A stretch of 33,810 nt of DNA, from positions 1-33,810 of the forward strand of contig CAYOEF010000005.1 in NCBI GenBank assembly GCA_964402805.1. The letters run 5' to 3'. Made by a program: the position numbers and the translations under genes. Source of the DNA: an uncultured Rhodanobacteraceae bacterium. GTDB lineage: Bacteria; Pseudomonadota; Gammaproteobacteria; Xanthomonadales; Rhodanobacteraceae. Under the pieces are notes generated by a model. The model searched no databases, had not been told where the DNA came from, and saw only the letters and a program-made list of their open reading frames with translations. Shown in pieces: positions 17,558-27,837 of this stretch (its first letter is position 1; each line of letters opens with the position of its first letter).

Positions 17558-20500
17558 CTACACCACCGCCTGGCGCAGTGCGGACGTCAGCACGGCCCGC
17601 AAGGCGGCCGGCCGCACGGGCTTGCGCAGCATCGGATAACCGCACTCGCGTATACGCAGCTTCACCTCGGCACTGCTGTCGGCGGTGATGATGACCACCG
17701 GGGGCAAATCGTCCATCAGTAAGCGCAGGCGCCGTATTGCCTCGACGCCGTCGAGGCTTTCCGACAGGTGGTAGTCGCACAGGATCAGGCGGATGTCATG
17801 GTCTGCCAACTCGCCTCGCGCCTGTTCGACATTCATGGCGACACGACACGTCACGCCCCAATGCCCCAGGAGGGCGCGCATGCCATCGAGAGTAGACGCG
17901 TCGTTGTCCACGCACAATACGGTCAACGGCAGTTCCCGCGCCGGCGCCACGCGTTCGACGCCGCCACCCTTGCCCGCCACCACCGCGCTGCGTGGAACGC
18001 ACACCGCAAAACAGCTCCCGTGCCCGACGACGGACTGCAAATCCAGGCTGTGCCCCAGCATGCCGGCCAGCCGGTCGCAGATGGACAGGCCGAGGCCGAG
18101 GCCCTTTTCACCCCACGGCGACGGCTGGTCAAGGCGCTGGAATTCTTCGAAGATGCGTGCACGCTGCTCCTGCGGGATGCCGGGACCGGTATCCCAGACC
18201 GTGATGCGGACCCGCCCTTCACAACGACGCGCACCCAGCAACACGCCCCCCTTGCTGGTATAACGCAGGGCATTGGAAACGAGGTTCTGTACGATGCGCA
18301 GCAACAGCTGCGGGTCGCTGCGCACGCCCAGCGTGGTTGGCACGACACGCAGGCGCAGGCCGCGCTGTTCGGCAACCACGGCATACTGGGCTTCCAGCGG
18401 GCCGAATATGTCGGCAAGCGCAAACCCCGTGACCTCCGGCCGATAGCTGCCCGCATCCAGCCGCGACACGTCCAGCAACGTATCCAGGAGACCTTCGGCC
18501 GCGTGGAATGACGCTTCGATACGTTCGGCGAGTTGGCTTGCCTCGCTGTCGAGATCGGGGTGCGCCCGCAGTGCGGAGGTGAACAGCCGCGCCGCATTCA
18601 ACGGTTGCAGCAGGTCGTGGCTTGCGGCGGCAAAAAAGCGGGTCTTGGAAATGTTGGCGGCCTCGGCGGCACGCCGGGCGTGGGCGGCATCCGCAAGCGC
18701 GGTGGAAAGTTCGGCGGTGCGCTGCGCAACGCGACGTTCGAGCGTCTCGTTGGACTCGATCAACACGCGTTCGGCGCGCTTGTACGTCGTCACGTCGCTG
18801 TAGGTGGTAACGTAGCCGCCCCCGCTGATGGGTCGCCCACGCATCTCGATCACGGTGCCGTCGGGACGTACCCGCTGGAACAGGTGCGGCGAGCCGGCGC
18901 GCATGAAGCCGATGCGCTTGCGCACATGCTCCTCCACTTCCCCGGGGCCGCATTCGCCGTGCTCGGCATTCCAGCGAATCAACTCACCCACGGGCACGCC
19001 GATGCGCACCAGGCCCGCGGGATAATCGAACAGCTCCAGGTAGCGGCGGTTCCAGGCAACCAGGCACATCCTGGCATCGACCACACTGATGCCCTGCGCG
19101 ACGTTCTCGAGCGTGGTGGACAACAATTCGCGGTTGAAGCGCAATTCCTGCGAGGCCTCATCCAGCAAGGCCATGGACTCGGCGACGTCGAGCCCGGTAC
19201 CGGAAAGTGCGCCGATCAGGATGCGCCGCGCATTTGCCGCGCCGACCGCCGAGGCAAGCAGCCGCTCGGTAAACTGGATCAGCCCGCGGTCGGCCGCATC
19301 GCTGCCGGGCAGGAGATGGCCGCGGTAACGGGCGTATTCGTCGAATGCCTGGGCGCTGCTGTAGCGGCCGACGATACGGTCGGCGATCGTGCGCAGGTCG
19401 GCCACGCGGACGCGCCCGCGCCAATCACCGACGCCATCGGGCCCACCGCGGTTGACGTCCACGAACATGTCGGCATACAGGCGTTCCTTCAGGCTGGGCC
19501 GGAACCGGAGCGAGAAGAACACCAGGCAGCTGATGTTCACCAGCAGGGACCAGAACGTGCCGTGCATCAGTGGATCCCAGCCGTTCAGGCCCAAAAGCGC
19601 CTGCGGATGCAGCCAGTCGAGATGGAACGGGCCGACGTCCAGCCATTGCGTCGAACTCACCAGTGTCGGCAGCAACAGGGTATAGGCCCACATGATGAAG
19701 CCGCCGACAAGCCCGATCACCACGCCCCGCCGGCTCGCCCCGCGCCAGTAGAGCGCGGCGATGATCGCGGGCGCAAACTGCACGACCGCCGCAAACGCAA
19801 GCAGGCCCATCGCCGCCAGGTTCTCGGTGCCGGCCGCGACGTGGTAATAGCCATAGGCCATCAGCACGACGCCCACGATGCCCAGCCGGCGCGTGCCCAG
19901 CACCCAGCGCGACAGGTCCTCGCGCTCGGCAAGATGCAGGCGCTTGACCCGCAGCAGGGCCGGCATGATCAGGTCGTTGCTGATCATGATGGACAACGCG
20001 ACCGACGCGACGATCACCATGCCGGTCGCGGCGGCGAAGCCGCCCACGAACGCCAGCAAGGTCATCACCTGGCTGCCCAGGGCCAACGGCAGCGTCAACA
20101 CCCAGGTATCGGCCGCGGCATGGTGCAACTGCGGCACGGCCGAGCCGGTGGCGACGATCGGCAACACCGCCACGCTGATGATCACCATGTACAGCGGAAA
20201 CAACCAGCGCGCCCATTTGAGGTCGCTGACCGTTTCCGATTCCACCACGCCGATGTAGAACTGGCGCGGCAGGCAGAACATGGCGCAGAACGCAAGCACC
20301 GTCTTGGCCACGAAATCCGCCGAAAGCCCATTGCCCCACTGCGCGGCCGGCAGGCGCAGGGTCGCGCCAACGCCCGGGCCATGCCACAACGCGTAAACCG
20401 CCAATGCCATGAATACCAGCAGCTTGATCAACGACTCCAGGGCGATCGCCAGGACCATGCCGTGATGGTGTTCAGTCGCGTGGACGCTGCGCGTGCTGAA

Positions 20501-21013
20501 CAGGATGGCGAAGGCGGCCAGCAGCACTGCGCACCACAGCGCCGTTTCTCCACCCGATGACGCACCGGGGATGGCGAGGATGGTGAACGACGTCGACACG
20601 GCCTTGAGCTGCAGCGCGACATACGGGACGACGGCAAGGACGGCAACCATCGCGACGAGCGCCGCCAGCCCATGCGACTGGCCAAAACGGGCCCCGATGA
20701 AATCGGCGATCGAGGTGATCTTGCGCTGCCGCACCACACGGACCAGTCGGCGTAGCAGGCCGAAGCCGCACACGAACAGCAGGGCCGGTCCGAGGTAGAT
20801 CGGGAGGTAGGCGATGCCGGCACGCTCGGCCGTACCGACCGCTCCGTAGAACGTCCACGACGAGCAGTACACTGCCAGCGCCAGGCTGTAGACGATCGGG
20901 CGCAGGCGCGTCTTGCGGGGATACAGGGTGCGCCGGTCGCCCGCATAGGCCACCGCGAACAGTATCCCGACATACAACAGTGCCAGCAGTACGAGCAGCC
21001 ACCCGTCGGTCAC
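17558..21013 (-). CDS. crbS: Hybrid sensor kinase CrbS/MxtR-like (SLC5 transporter-like, STAC, PAS, HisKA/HATPase, REC)
   Basis: N-terminal YSLALAVYCSSWTFYGAVG symporter-like domain, LPRQF, H-box SHDLLQPL, NLVSNALRYT, DTGPG, GLGLGL, C-terminal REC. GTG start. Confidence 0.9.
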   Translation of the reverse strand: MTDGWLLVLLALLYVGILFAVAYAGDRRTLYPRKTRLRPIVYSLALAVYCSSWTFYGAVGTAERAGIAYLPIYLGPALLFVCGFGLLRRLVRVVRQRKITSIADFIGARFGQSHGLAALVAMVAVLAVVPYVALQLKAVSTSFTILAIPGASSGGETALWCAVLLAAFAILFSTRSVHATEHHHGMVLAIALESLIKLLVFMALAVYALWHGPGVGATLRLPAAQWGNGLSADFVAKTVLAFCAMFCLPRQFYIGVVESETVSDLKWARWLFPLYMVIISVAVLPIVATGSAVPQLHHAAADTWVLTLPLALGSQVMTLLAFVGGFAAATGMVIVASVALSIMISNDLIMPALLRVKRLHLAEREDLSRWVLGTRRLGIVGVVLMAYGYYHVAAGTENLAAMGLLAFAAVVQFAPAIIAALYWRGASRRGVVIGLVGGFIMWAYTLLLPTLVSSTQWLDVGPFHLDWLHPQALLGLNGWDPLMHGTFWSLLVNISCLVFFSLRFRPSLKERLYADMFVDVNRGGPDGVGDWRGRVRVADLRTIADRIVGRYSSAQAFDEYARYRGHLLPGSDAADRGLIQFTERLLASAVGAANARRILIGALSGTGLDVAESMALLDEASQELRFNRELLSTTLENVAQGISVVDARMCLVAWNRRYLELFDYPAGLVRIGVPVGELIRWNAEHGECGPGEVEEHVRKRIGFMRAGSPHLFQRVRPDGTVIEMRGRPISGGGYVTTYSDVTTYKRAERVLIESNETLERRVAQRTAELSTALADAAHARRAAEAANISKTRFFAAASHDLLQPLNAARLFTSALRAHPDLDSEASQLAERIEASFHAAEGLLDTLLDVSRLDAGSYRPEVTGFALADIFGPLEAQYAVVAEQRGLRLRVVPTTLGVRSDPQLLLRIVQNLVSNALRYTSKGGVLLGARRCEGRVRITVWDTGPGIPQEQRARIFEEFQRLDQPSPWGEKGLGLGLSICDRLAGMLGHSLDLQSVVGHGSCFAVCVPRSAVVAGKGGGVERVAPARELPLTVLCVDNDASTLDGMRALLGHWGVTCRVAMNVEQARGELADHDIRLILCDYHLSESLDGVEAIRRLRLLMDDLPPVVIITADSSAEVKLRIRECGYPMLRKPVRPAALRAVLTSALRQAVV

Positions 21014-21224
21014 GTGGACAACCCCCGAAGACGCGGTGTGCCGACCGCGTCACATGTTCATGCCTGCCCGCAGTGTACCCATACACGGCTGCGGCGACAC
21101 CGGGTCACCATGCCATGACGGGACGTGTGGCCATGTCCGGCACGGCGTTGCACACGTGCCGGGATGGCCACGGCGTAGATCACGCGGTGCGCAAACGTTC
21201 CCGATGGCAGCGCCCCGCCCCGGC

Positions 21225-21983
21225 TCAACCCGTTGCCAGGTCGATGCAGAACGCGGGATCGAATTGCGCGTTTTCATTGACGCCCTTCGGGGCATAACCA
21301 CGTGGATTGCACACCACGCGCGTACCGCGCAGCGAGTAGTCGAAGCTGTCGTGCAGATGGCCGTGGACCCATAGGACGGCCTTCCCCATCAGGCCGGTGC
21401 AGTCCGAGGCGAACGCCGCGCTGAGCGCGGAGTCGGCAAAACGCTCGGGTACGCTGTGTATCGACGGCGCGTGGTGCGTGACGACAACCGTCGGCCCGGC
21501 GAAGGGTTCGTCCAGGATGGATGCAAGCCAGGCATGCTGGCCGGCAAACAGCGTGCAGGCGTCGGCCGGCGTGAATGGACTGCCGTCGCCATTCCGGATG
21601 GCACTGAAGTCACGCATGAACCGGCGCGCGTCGGCCATGGCAATTCCTGCGCGTTGGGGACCAAAGAGCTGGAAATCCGTCCACAACGTAGTGCCGGCGA
21701 AACGCACGCCATCAATGACGGTGCATGCTTCATCCAGCATGTGGACGCCGTGGCGATGGGCGCTGTCGGCCAATGCGCGACGCACGCCGGGTATCGAGCC
21801 ACCGTAGAACTCGTGGTTGCCCGGCACGTACAACACGGGCCGGCCAAAGCCGGCTGCCCACCGCATGGCCGCATCGGCGGGCCGGGCGATATCGCCGGCG
21901 AGAATCGTGACGTCGGCATCCACGGCGGGCCGGGCCATGTCGCGAACGCCCAGGTGCAGGTCCGACAGCACATGGATTCGCAT
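21225..21983 (-). CDS. Calcineurin-like metallophosphoesterase
   Basis: SDLH, AGD, GNHE, HHAP, HGHLH motifs; GGAG before ATG 21983. Confidence 0.92.
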   Translation of the reverse strand: MRIHVLSDLHLGVRDMARPAVDADVTILAGDIARPADAAMRWAAGFGRPVLYVPGNHEFYGGSIPGVRRALADSAHRHGVHMLDEACTVIDGVRFAGTTLWTDFQLFGPQRAGIAMADARRFMRDFSAIRNGDGSPFTPADACTLFAGQHAWLASILDEPFAGPTVVVTHHAPSIHSVPERFADSALSAAFASDCTGLMGKAVLWVHGHLHDSFDYSLRGTRVVCNPRGYAPKGVNENAQFDPAFCIDLATG

Positions 21984-22040
21984 CAAGCACTCCATGGGCA
22001 CGCGCGCATCGTCACGGCACCGGTTGGCAGTCGAAAAATA

Positions 22041-22265
22041 TCAGCCGCCCTGCCCGGCGCCGTGCAGGGCGGCCTCGACCACCGGGCCGAGGTCGAGACG
22101 CCGGATGGCGTCCAGTGAACACTCAAGCGCGCCTTCGTGGCACAGGCCACTCATGGCGGCCAGTTCGTACCCTTCGCGCGCCGCCTCCAGGCATGCCGTG
22201 CGTACCGCTTCGGCAAGCTCTCCATCGGATGCCACGGGCCCGGCATCCCTGACTGTCGCCATCAT
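22041..22265 (-). CDS. Small hypothetical protein with A-C-x(15)-L-C-x-E-G pattern
   Basis: 74 aa filling the gap between co-oriented genes; AEAVRTACLEAA...GLCHEGALEC...LDL resembles a small conserved bacterial family (from memory). Confidence 0.72.
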   Translation of the reverse strand: MMATVRDAGPVASDGELAEAVRTACLEAAREGYELAAMSGLCHEGALECSLDAIRRLDLGPVVEAALHGAGQGG

Positions 22266-22355
22266 TGCATCAACCCGATCGCTTCCGGAACCTCCCGTGA
22301 TCTTAGACCCCCTGCCCGGGGGCGTTCAATCAGCGGAACGTCGCGGGCGCTGCGA

Positions 22356-25300
22356 TCAGCGCGTTGGCCGGCGCGGCTTTTGCACCGCCGTGTCCGGGCT
22401 CGACGAGGCACTTGTCGAGCCCGCTCCCGATGGTTGCGTTGCAGCGGGTTTCGCCCCGACTTTCTCGATTTGTGGATTGTCCCAGGGCCCGGTCACGTGA
22501 TACCTCACGCTGGCGGTTTTGTTGAGGCTGTGGCCGAGGAGGCCCTGAATCGCCAGGCCGGCGGCCGCCCCGATCGGTCCGCCGACCACTGCCCCGACCA
22601 GCGGCAGGCTGCCGCCGACGTGCGGTATCACGTCGACATACTGGTCGTAGTCCTGCTTGCGCAGGCCGATGCGACCCTTGATGTGCATGTCCAGTGACGG
22701 ACCCTTCAGGACGAAGTCCTGCGTGCGCGCGTTGCCATCGCGAATGGTGAAGCTGCCGGCAACGGAGTCGAAGCTGAGGCCCTTTTCGAATACGTCACCG
22801 AAATTGAGGCTGAGGCGACGTGGCAACTCGGCGACCGACAGCAGGCCGAACAACCTCCCCATGCCCGGGCTGATCTCCGGGATGCGGCCTTCTCCCATGG
22901 TCATTTTCACCGTGCCGTCCAGGTTGGCGAGCGCGAAGGAAAACGGGGCACCAGGCCACGTTGCATCCAGGTTCGCATGCGTCTTGCCGCCCGTGAGCAC
23001 GCCCTTGAAGCCGAAGGCATCCAGCGCCTTGCCGAGATCCGCGCTGTCGAACTGGACCTGCATGCGCGTGCTGCTGTGCGTGGCCGTGCCGTCCCACTGG
23101 CCATGGGCATTGATCGTCGCCGCCGGGGAGTTGACGGCCAGTTTGGCGATGCGCAGGCCCTGTGCGGTCGGTTGCGTCGTGATCTGCACCTCGCCCAGAT
23201 GGGCGTCGCCGACACGCAGGTGTGCGATCTGCGCGGTGATGGCGGGCAGCGCGGCCGGTGTGATGCCTGTATTCGCCGCCTGCGCAGGCGTTTCTGTTGT
23301 GGAAGGCTGCGCCGACGACGCCTCTTTGCTTGCGGCAGGCCAGTACAGGCGGGCGAAGTTGGCCACGATGCCCCGGCCAGATGCGGACTGCAAAGGTACC
23401 GTGGCCGTCATCTCGAGGTTTGCACCCTTGGTTGCCACGCCAAGCCCGCTGGTTGTCGTCTGTACCCGTAGCGCCAGCTTCCCGAAATCGGCGCCGAATA
23501 TCTCCGCATGATTGGTGAGCAGGTCCACGTCCAGTGCCGGGACGGCTGCGCTGGTGCCGCCGGCAACCGGAAGCAGGCGACGCACCCAGCCAGATATGTC
23601 GACCCGTTGGGCCTGCCCCCGGATGCGGACGCCACGCGCCGGCAGCATGGGCGACGCATCGGGACCCAGTGCCACGCCTGCGGCCGCAAGCGTTCCACCC
23701 GCGCCGAGGCGGGCACGTGCGTGCGCCCGAGTGCCCATGCTGACGTCCACCAGCATGGTATCGAATGGCAACCCCAGTTCGACATCCAGTGGCAGGCTCG
23801 TGGTTGCGGGTTTGTCGAGCGGCGCCGGCAGGTCAAGCGCCACGCCGACGAGGTTGGAGCGCACGCTCAGCACCTGGCTGCGCCGCAGGGCATTGGCTGC
23901 TTTCGGATCGATGTGGAAGCCGACGTCAAACTCGGCGTCGCCTTGTGCCATCGTCGCCAGCGGCTCGAGCGATTTGTATCCCGCGAGCAACTGCGCCACC
24001 GAGAGGCGCCCGTGCATGCTCACCTCGACCGGCCAGCCGGGATGTCCGGCGACCTGGCCAACCTGGAAGCCAAGGGTCACGGGCTGGCCATGGAACGTGC
24101 CGCGCAGTCCGGAAGCGGACACGCCGCCTGTGTTGAAGTGCAGCAGCCCCGATACGTCGCCCAACTGCAGGGTCCACGCGGGGTCGGCGACTTTGGCGCC
24201 GTGCAGCTGTATCTTGCCGTCCAGGACAGGCGCGGCGCCCGCGTCATGGTGGAGTGGAATTTTCAGCGTGAAGTCGACATCGCCCTGCCCGCCTAGGGCC
24301 AGGCCTTTCAGGACATCCAGGTGGGGTCGTCCAATCGGGCTGTGGCGAACGAAATACAAGAGATCGGAACCGCTGCCGCTACCCTGGACGGACAGGTGCA
24401 GGGTGGCCTTGGCAAGATCCGGAATGCTGGCGACCGCCTTTTTGGCGGCAATGCCATGCACCTGGCCGCGCGAGGCAACGATGCGCATGCTGCTGTCGAC
24501 GAAACTCGCCACGGCGTGGACCCCGGTGGCCGCCGGCCATCCGTCCTGGTAATCCATGGTGACGCCGCTCGCCACGGCCCTTGCCTCGAAACGCCCCTGG
24601 TGGCCGGTGAATGGCCAGTCGGCCAGGTTCCCGCGCAGGACGACGTTGCCCGAATCGATCGAACCGTCGACCAGCGCCTGATCCAGCCATGCGACGGTCT
24701 GTCGCGGCATCACGCCAACCGGCCAATAACGGTGCGCCTGCGCCACGTCCGCATGGTCGAGCCCGACATACAGCGCAACGAATGGCAGACCGGACGCGCC
24801 ATGCAGCCGAACGCGGCCACGCAGCGTCCCATCGGCTCCGGGCACGTCAAACCGCACGCCAGCGCTGCCGATCGTCCATCCCCGCGCTCCATGCCACGCG
24901 GTCACGTTGCCTGAAGCGGCGAGGAAATCGAGTGGCTGGCGGAACAGGCCACCAAAATCCAGGGTCAACGGTTGTTGTGGTATCTGCAGCGTTACTGCGG
25001 TCGCATCACCCAACAGTTTGCCATCCAGATGATTCATGCCCGGTACACCGGCGACGGCATCGAACCCGAGCCCGGTGAAGCGGGCGCGCAGGCCTTCCAG
25101 TCCGCCCTTCCGGGACCAGCGCGCGCTTGCCCGATCAATCGTGCCGTGCGGCTTGGCAGCCACGAGCCAGTGCTGCAGTGAATCCGGAAGACCCGGCAGC
25201 AGACCGACCAACGGCACCCAGGCCGCGACATCAACGGCATGCAGGCGTGCGCGGGCGCTGGCCTCATTGCCGGTCCCGGTGATTTGCGCCCGCAGCGCGG

Positions 25301-26231
25301 CACCGTCGATGGACGCAAGCACGATGCCTGTATCACCACCGGTCGACCGGAATTGCGCGAGCCCTTGCAGCCGCGGCAGGTAATGCAGCGAACCGGCGTT
25401 GGCGACCACGATGTTCTGCAGAGCCAGGCGCGCCGTCACCCTGTCCAGAATGCCGCGTTGCCAACGCACCCATATGGCGACGTCGCCCTGCCCGGAATCG
25501 ATGGCGTACCCGTGCAGGTCGATTCCGGCGAGCATGCTGCCCCAACGGGCCTGTCGGGCGTCCAGCCACAGGCGGCCACTGCTGCCATCCGCGGTGACGT
25601 GGCCGGCCACGGATACCTGCTCGTTCGTGTCGCCGCGGCGCAGTGTGCCGCGAAAGCGCAGGGACGCGCCGTCGCTGCGAACCGCCATCGAGGCCACGTG
25701 CAATACGTAGGAATGCCCGCTTTGCGAATCGGTCACCGTGAGGCGCGAATCGGCGAGCGACACCGTGCCCGGCGGGAGCATCAGGCCTGGCCGTACCGCG
25801 CCTCCCTGCCCCGCGCCGAGGCCGGCCACGCGCCAACGGCCGTCACGGTCGCGCATCAGCGCAAGCCGCAAACCTTCGACGCGCACGTCGAGCCAGTGCC
25901 TTGCCGATGACACCCAGGCTCCGAGGTCGAGTTTGATACGCACCCGCGGCACGCGCATGATCGGCTTCCCGTCGTGCCGACCAAACGTTACGCCATGCAA
26001 CACCAAGACCGGGCCCGATGGCTCCCAGTGCGAATCGATCGATTTCACGGCCACCGGCTGGTCGAGGCTTCGGCCGACCAGTGCGGCCACTTCGTGCGGA
26101 TAGCGCGCCAGCAGCGGGAACAGCAATTGCACGAGGATCATCAAGGCGGCCACCACGATGATCAATGTGGCCAGCGCGCCGGCGACGAGGTGTCGCGGAC
26201 GCCTGCGTGCACGACGCTGGGAGCCGCTCAA
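22356..26231 (-). CDS. yhdP: YhdP family (AsmA-like) phospholipid transport protein
   Basis: 1291 aa, N-terminal TM anchor, beta-rich, C-terminal GRLFGLLS...LPRRLSLNFGDVF...Y-x-VTGPWDNP; directly downstream of rng. TTG start is approximate. Confidence 0.92.
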   Translation of the reverse strand: MSGSQRRARRRPRHLVAGALATLIIVVAALMILVQLLFPLLARYPHEVAALVGRSLDQPVAVKSIDSHWEPSGPVLVLHGVTFGRHDGKPIMRVPRVRIKLDLGAWVSSARHWLDVRVEGLRLALMRDRDGRWRVAGLGAGQGGAVRPGLMLPPGTVSLADSRLTVTDSQSGHSYVLHVASMAVRSDGASLRFRGTLRRGDTNEQVSVAGHVTADGSSGRLWLDARQARWGSMLAGIDLHGYAIDSGQGDVAIWVRWQRGILDRVTARLALQNIVVANAGSLHYLPRLQGLAQFRSTGGDTGIVLASIDGAALRAQITGTGNEASARARLHAVDVAAWVPLVGLLPGLPDSLQHWLVAAKPHGTIDRASARWSRKGGLEGLRARFTGLGFDAVAGVPGMNHLDGKLLGDATAVTLQIPQQPLTLDFGGLFRQPLDFLAASGNVTAWHGARGWTIGSAGVRFDVPGADGTLRGRVRLHGASGLPFVALYVGLDHADVAQAHRYWPVGVMPRQTVAWLDQALVDGSIDSGNVVLRGNLADWPFTGHQGRFEARAVASGVTMDYQDGWPAATGVHAVASFVDSSMRIVASRGQVHGIAAKKAVASIPDLAKATLHLSVQGSGSGSDLLYFVRHSPIGRPHLDVLKGLALGGQGDVDFTLKIPLHHDAGAAPVLDGKIQLHGAKVADPAWTLQLGDVSGLLHFNTGGVSASGLRGTFHGQPVTLGFQVGQVAGHPGWPVEVSMHGRLSVAQLLAGYKSLEPLATMAQGDAEFDVGFHIDPKAANALRRSQVLSVRSNLVGVALDLPAPLDKPATTSLPLDVELGLPFDTMLVDVSMGTRAHARARLGAGGTLAAAGVALGPDASPMLPARGVRIRGQAQRVDISGWVRRLLPVAGGTSAAVPALDVDLLTNHAEIFGADFGKLALRVQTTTSGLGVATKGANLEMTATVPLQSASGRGIVANFARLYWPAASKEASSAQPSTTETPAQAANTGITPAALPAITAQIAHLRVGDAHLGEVQITTQPTAQGLRIAKLAVNSPAATINAHGQWDGTATHSSTRMQVQFDSADLGKALDAFGFKGVLTGGKTHANLDATWPGAPFSFALANLDGTVKMTMGEGRIPEISPGMGRLFGLLSVAELPRRLSLNFGDVFEKGLSFDSVAGSFTIRDGNARTQDFVLKGPSLDMHIKGRIGLRKQDYDQYVDVIPHVGGSLPLVGAVVGGPIGAAAGLAIQGLLGHSLNKTASVRYHVTGPWDNPQIEKVGAKPAATQPSGAGSTSASSSPDTAVQKPRRPTR

Positions 26232-26282
26232 GGCCGCCCCGGCCAGGCGGCGTCAACCGCGGATGCCTGTGCAACGATCGGT

Positions 26283-27782
26283 TTACAACAACACCACATC
26301 AAACTGTTCCTGCGTGTATTGCTCTTGCGCATGCAGGCTGATGTCCTTGCCAATGAGTTCCTCGAGATCCGCCAGCAGTACCGAATCTTCTTCCAGGATC
26401 CAGTCGACCACTTTCGGACTTGCCATCACCATCAATTTTTCCGCATCGAACTGCCGCACGGCACGCGTGATTTCGCGGAATATCTCGTGCGTGATCGTCT
26501 CGGCGGTTTTCAACGTACCGCGGCCGCCACAGGCCGGGCAAGGCTCGCACAGCTGGCGCTCGAGGCTTTCGCTGGTCCGCTTGCGCGTCATTTCCACCAG
26601 GCCCAGGGCCGACATCGGATAAACCGTGGTTTTCACGAAATCGCGCGACAGGCCCTTTTCCAGCATGCGCAATACCTGGCGCTTGTGCTCGGCATCCATC
26701 ATGTCGATGAAGTCGATGATGATAATGCCGCCAAGGTTGCGCAGCCGGAGCTGGCGTGCGGCCGCCTGGGCCGCTTCCAGATTGGTGCGGTAAACCGTTT
26801 CTTCCAGGTTGCGGCTGCCGAGATAACCGCCGGTGTTGACGTCGATCGTGGTCATCGCCTCGGTCTGGTCGATGACCAGCGAGCCGCCGGATTTCAACGG
26901 GACCTGTTTGTTGAGGGCGCGTTTGATTTCATCCTCGACGCCGTACAATTCGAAAATCGGCAACTCGTCGTCATACAGCTCGATGCGTCCATCGAGCTCG
27001 GCCATGAACTTGTGCACGAAGCGCCGCGCATCTTCGCAGGTCTCCAGCGAATCCACGCGCACCTTTTCCACGCCTTCGTGAAGCTGGTCGCGCAGCATGC
27101 GGAGTGGCAGCGACAATTCCTTGTACACGCAATCGCCGACGTTGGCCGTGGCGATGTTGGCCTGCACGACGCGCCACACGCGGGTCAGGTAATCGACGTC
27201 GAACGCCAGCGCGTCGCGTGACTTGCCTTCGGCGTTGGTGCGCACGATGTAGCCCGGTGCGTCGTCGCCGAGCAGGCTCTGCAACGTTTCCTTGAGGCGG
27301 GCACGTTCGTCTTCGTCCTCGATGCGCGCCGACACGCCCAGATTGTGCGCGTAGGGCATGAGCACGAGATAGCGCGAGGGGATGGAAAGATAGGCGGACA
27401 GGCGGGCGCCCTTGGCGCCGATCGGGTCACGGATGACCTGCACCACGACGTCCTGCCCTTCGTGGACCAACGCCGTGATCGAGGGTGTCGCCGCTGGTGC
27501 GTTGTCGTCCGTGGCGTCGGAGCCCGTTTCAACGTTGGCGTCTGACGGAGAATGCGGGTGAACGATGTCGGAGGCATGCAGGAATGCGGCCCTTGACAGG
27601 CCAATGTCGACGAACGCGGCCTGCATGCCCGGCATGATGCGCCGTACCCGTCCCTTGTAGACATCCCCGACGTAACCACGACGGCGTGCACGCTCGACGT
27701 GCACTTCCTGCAACATGCCTCCTTCGATCTTCGCCACGCGGGTTTCGCGCGGCGCCACATTGACCAGGATTTCCTCGCTCAC
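26283..27782 (-). CDS. rng: Ribonuclease G
   Basis: GTG start (SEEILVNVAPRETRVA), S1 domain PGMQAAFVDIG, IDVNTG, IIIDFIDM, CxxC, ends QEQFDVVLL. Confidence 0.96.
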   Translation of the reverse strand: MSEEILVNVAPRETRVAKIEGGMLQEVHVERARRRGYVGDVYKGRVRRIMPGMQAAFVDIGLSRAAFLHASDIVHPHSPSDANVETGSDATDDNAPAATPSITALVHEGQDVVVQVIRDPIGAKGARLSAYLSIPSRYLVLMPYAHNLGVSARIEDEDERARLKETLQSLLGDDAPGYIVRTNAEGKSRDALAFDVDYLTRVWRVVQANIATANVGDCVYKELSLPLRMLRDQLHEGVEKVRVDSLETCEDARRFVHKFMAELDGRIELYDDELPIFELYGVEDEIKRALNKQVPLKSGGSLVIDQTEAMTTIDVNTGGYLGSRNLEETVYRTNLEAAQAAARQLRLRNLGGIIIIDFIDMMDAEHKRQVLRMLEKGLSRDFVKTTVYPMSALGLVEMTRKRTSESLERQLCEPCPACGGRGTLKTAETITHEIFREITRAVRQFDAEKLMVMASPKVVDWILEEDSVLLADLEELIGKDISLHAQEQYTQEQFDVVLL

Positions 27783-27837
27783 CAGTGTCTCCCTTCCCTG
27801 CGGGGACCAAGTCGACCCTGATCCATACGCGTCCACG

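Noticed and set aside
18533-20560. 675-aa plus-strand ORF
   Set aside because: Antisense shadow of crbS.
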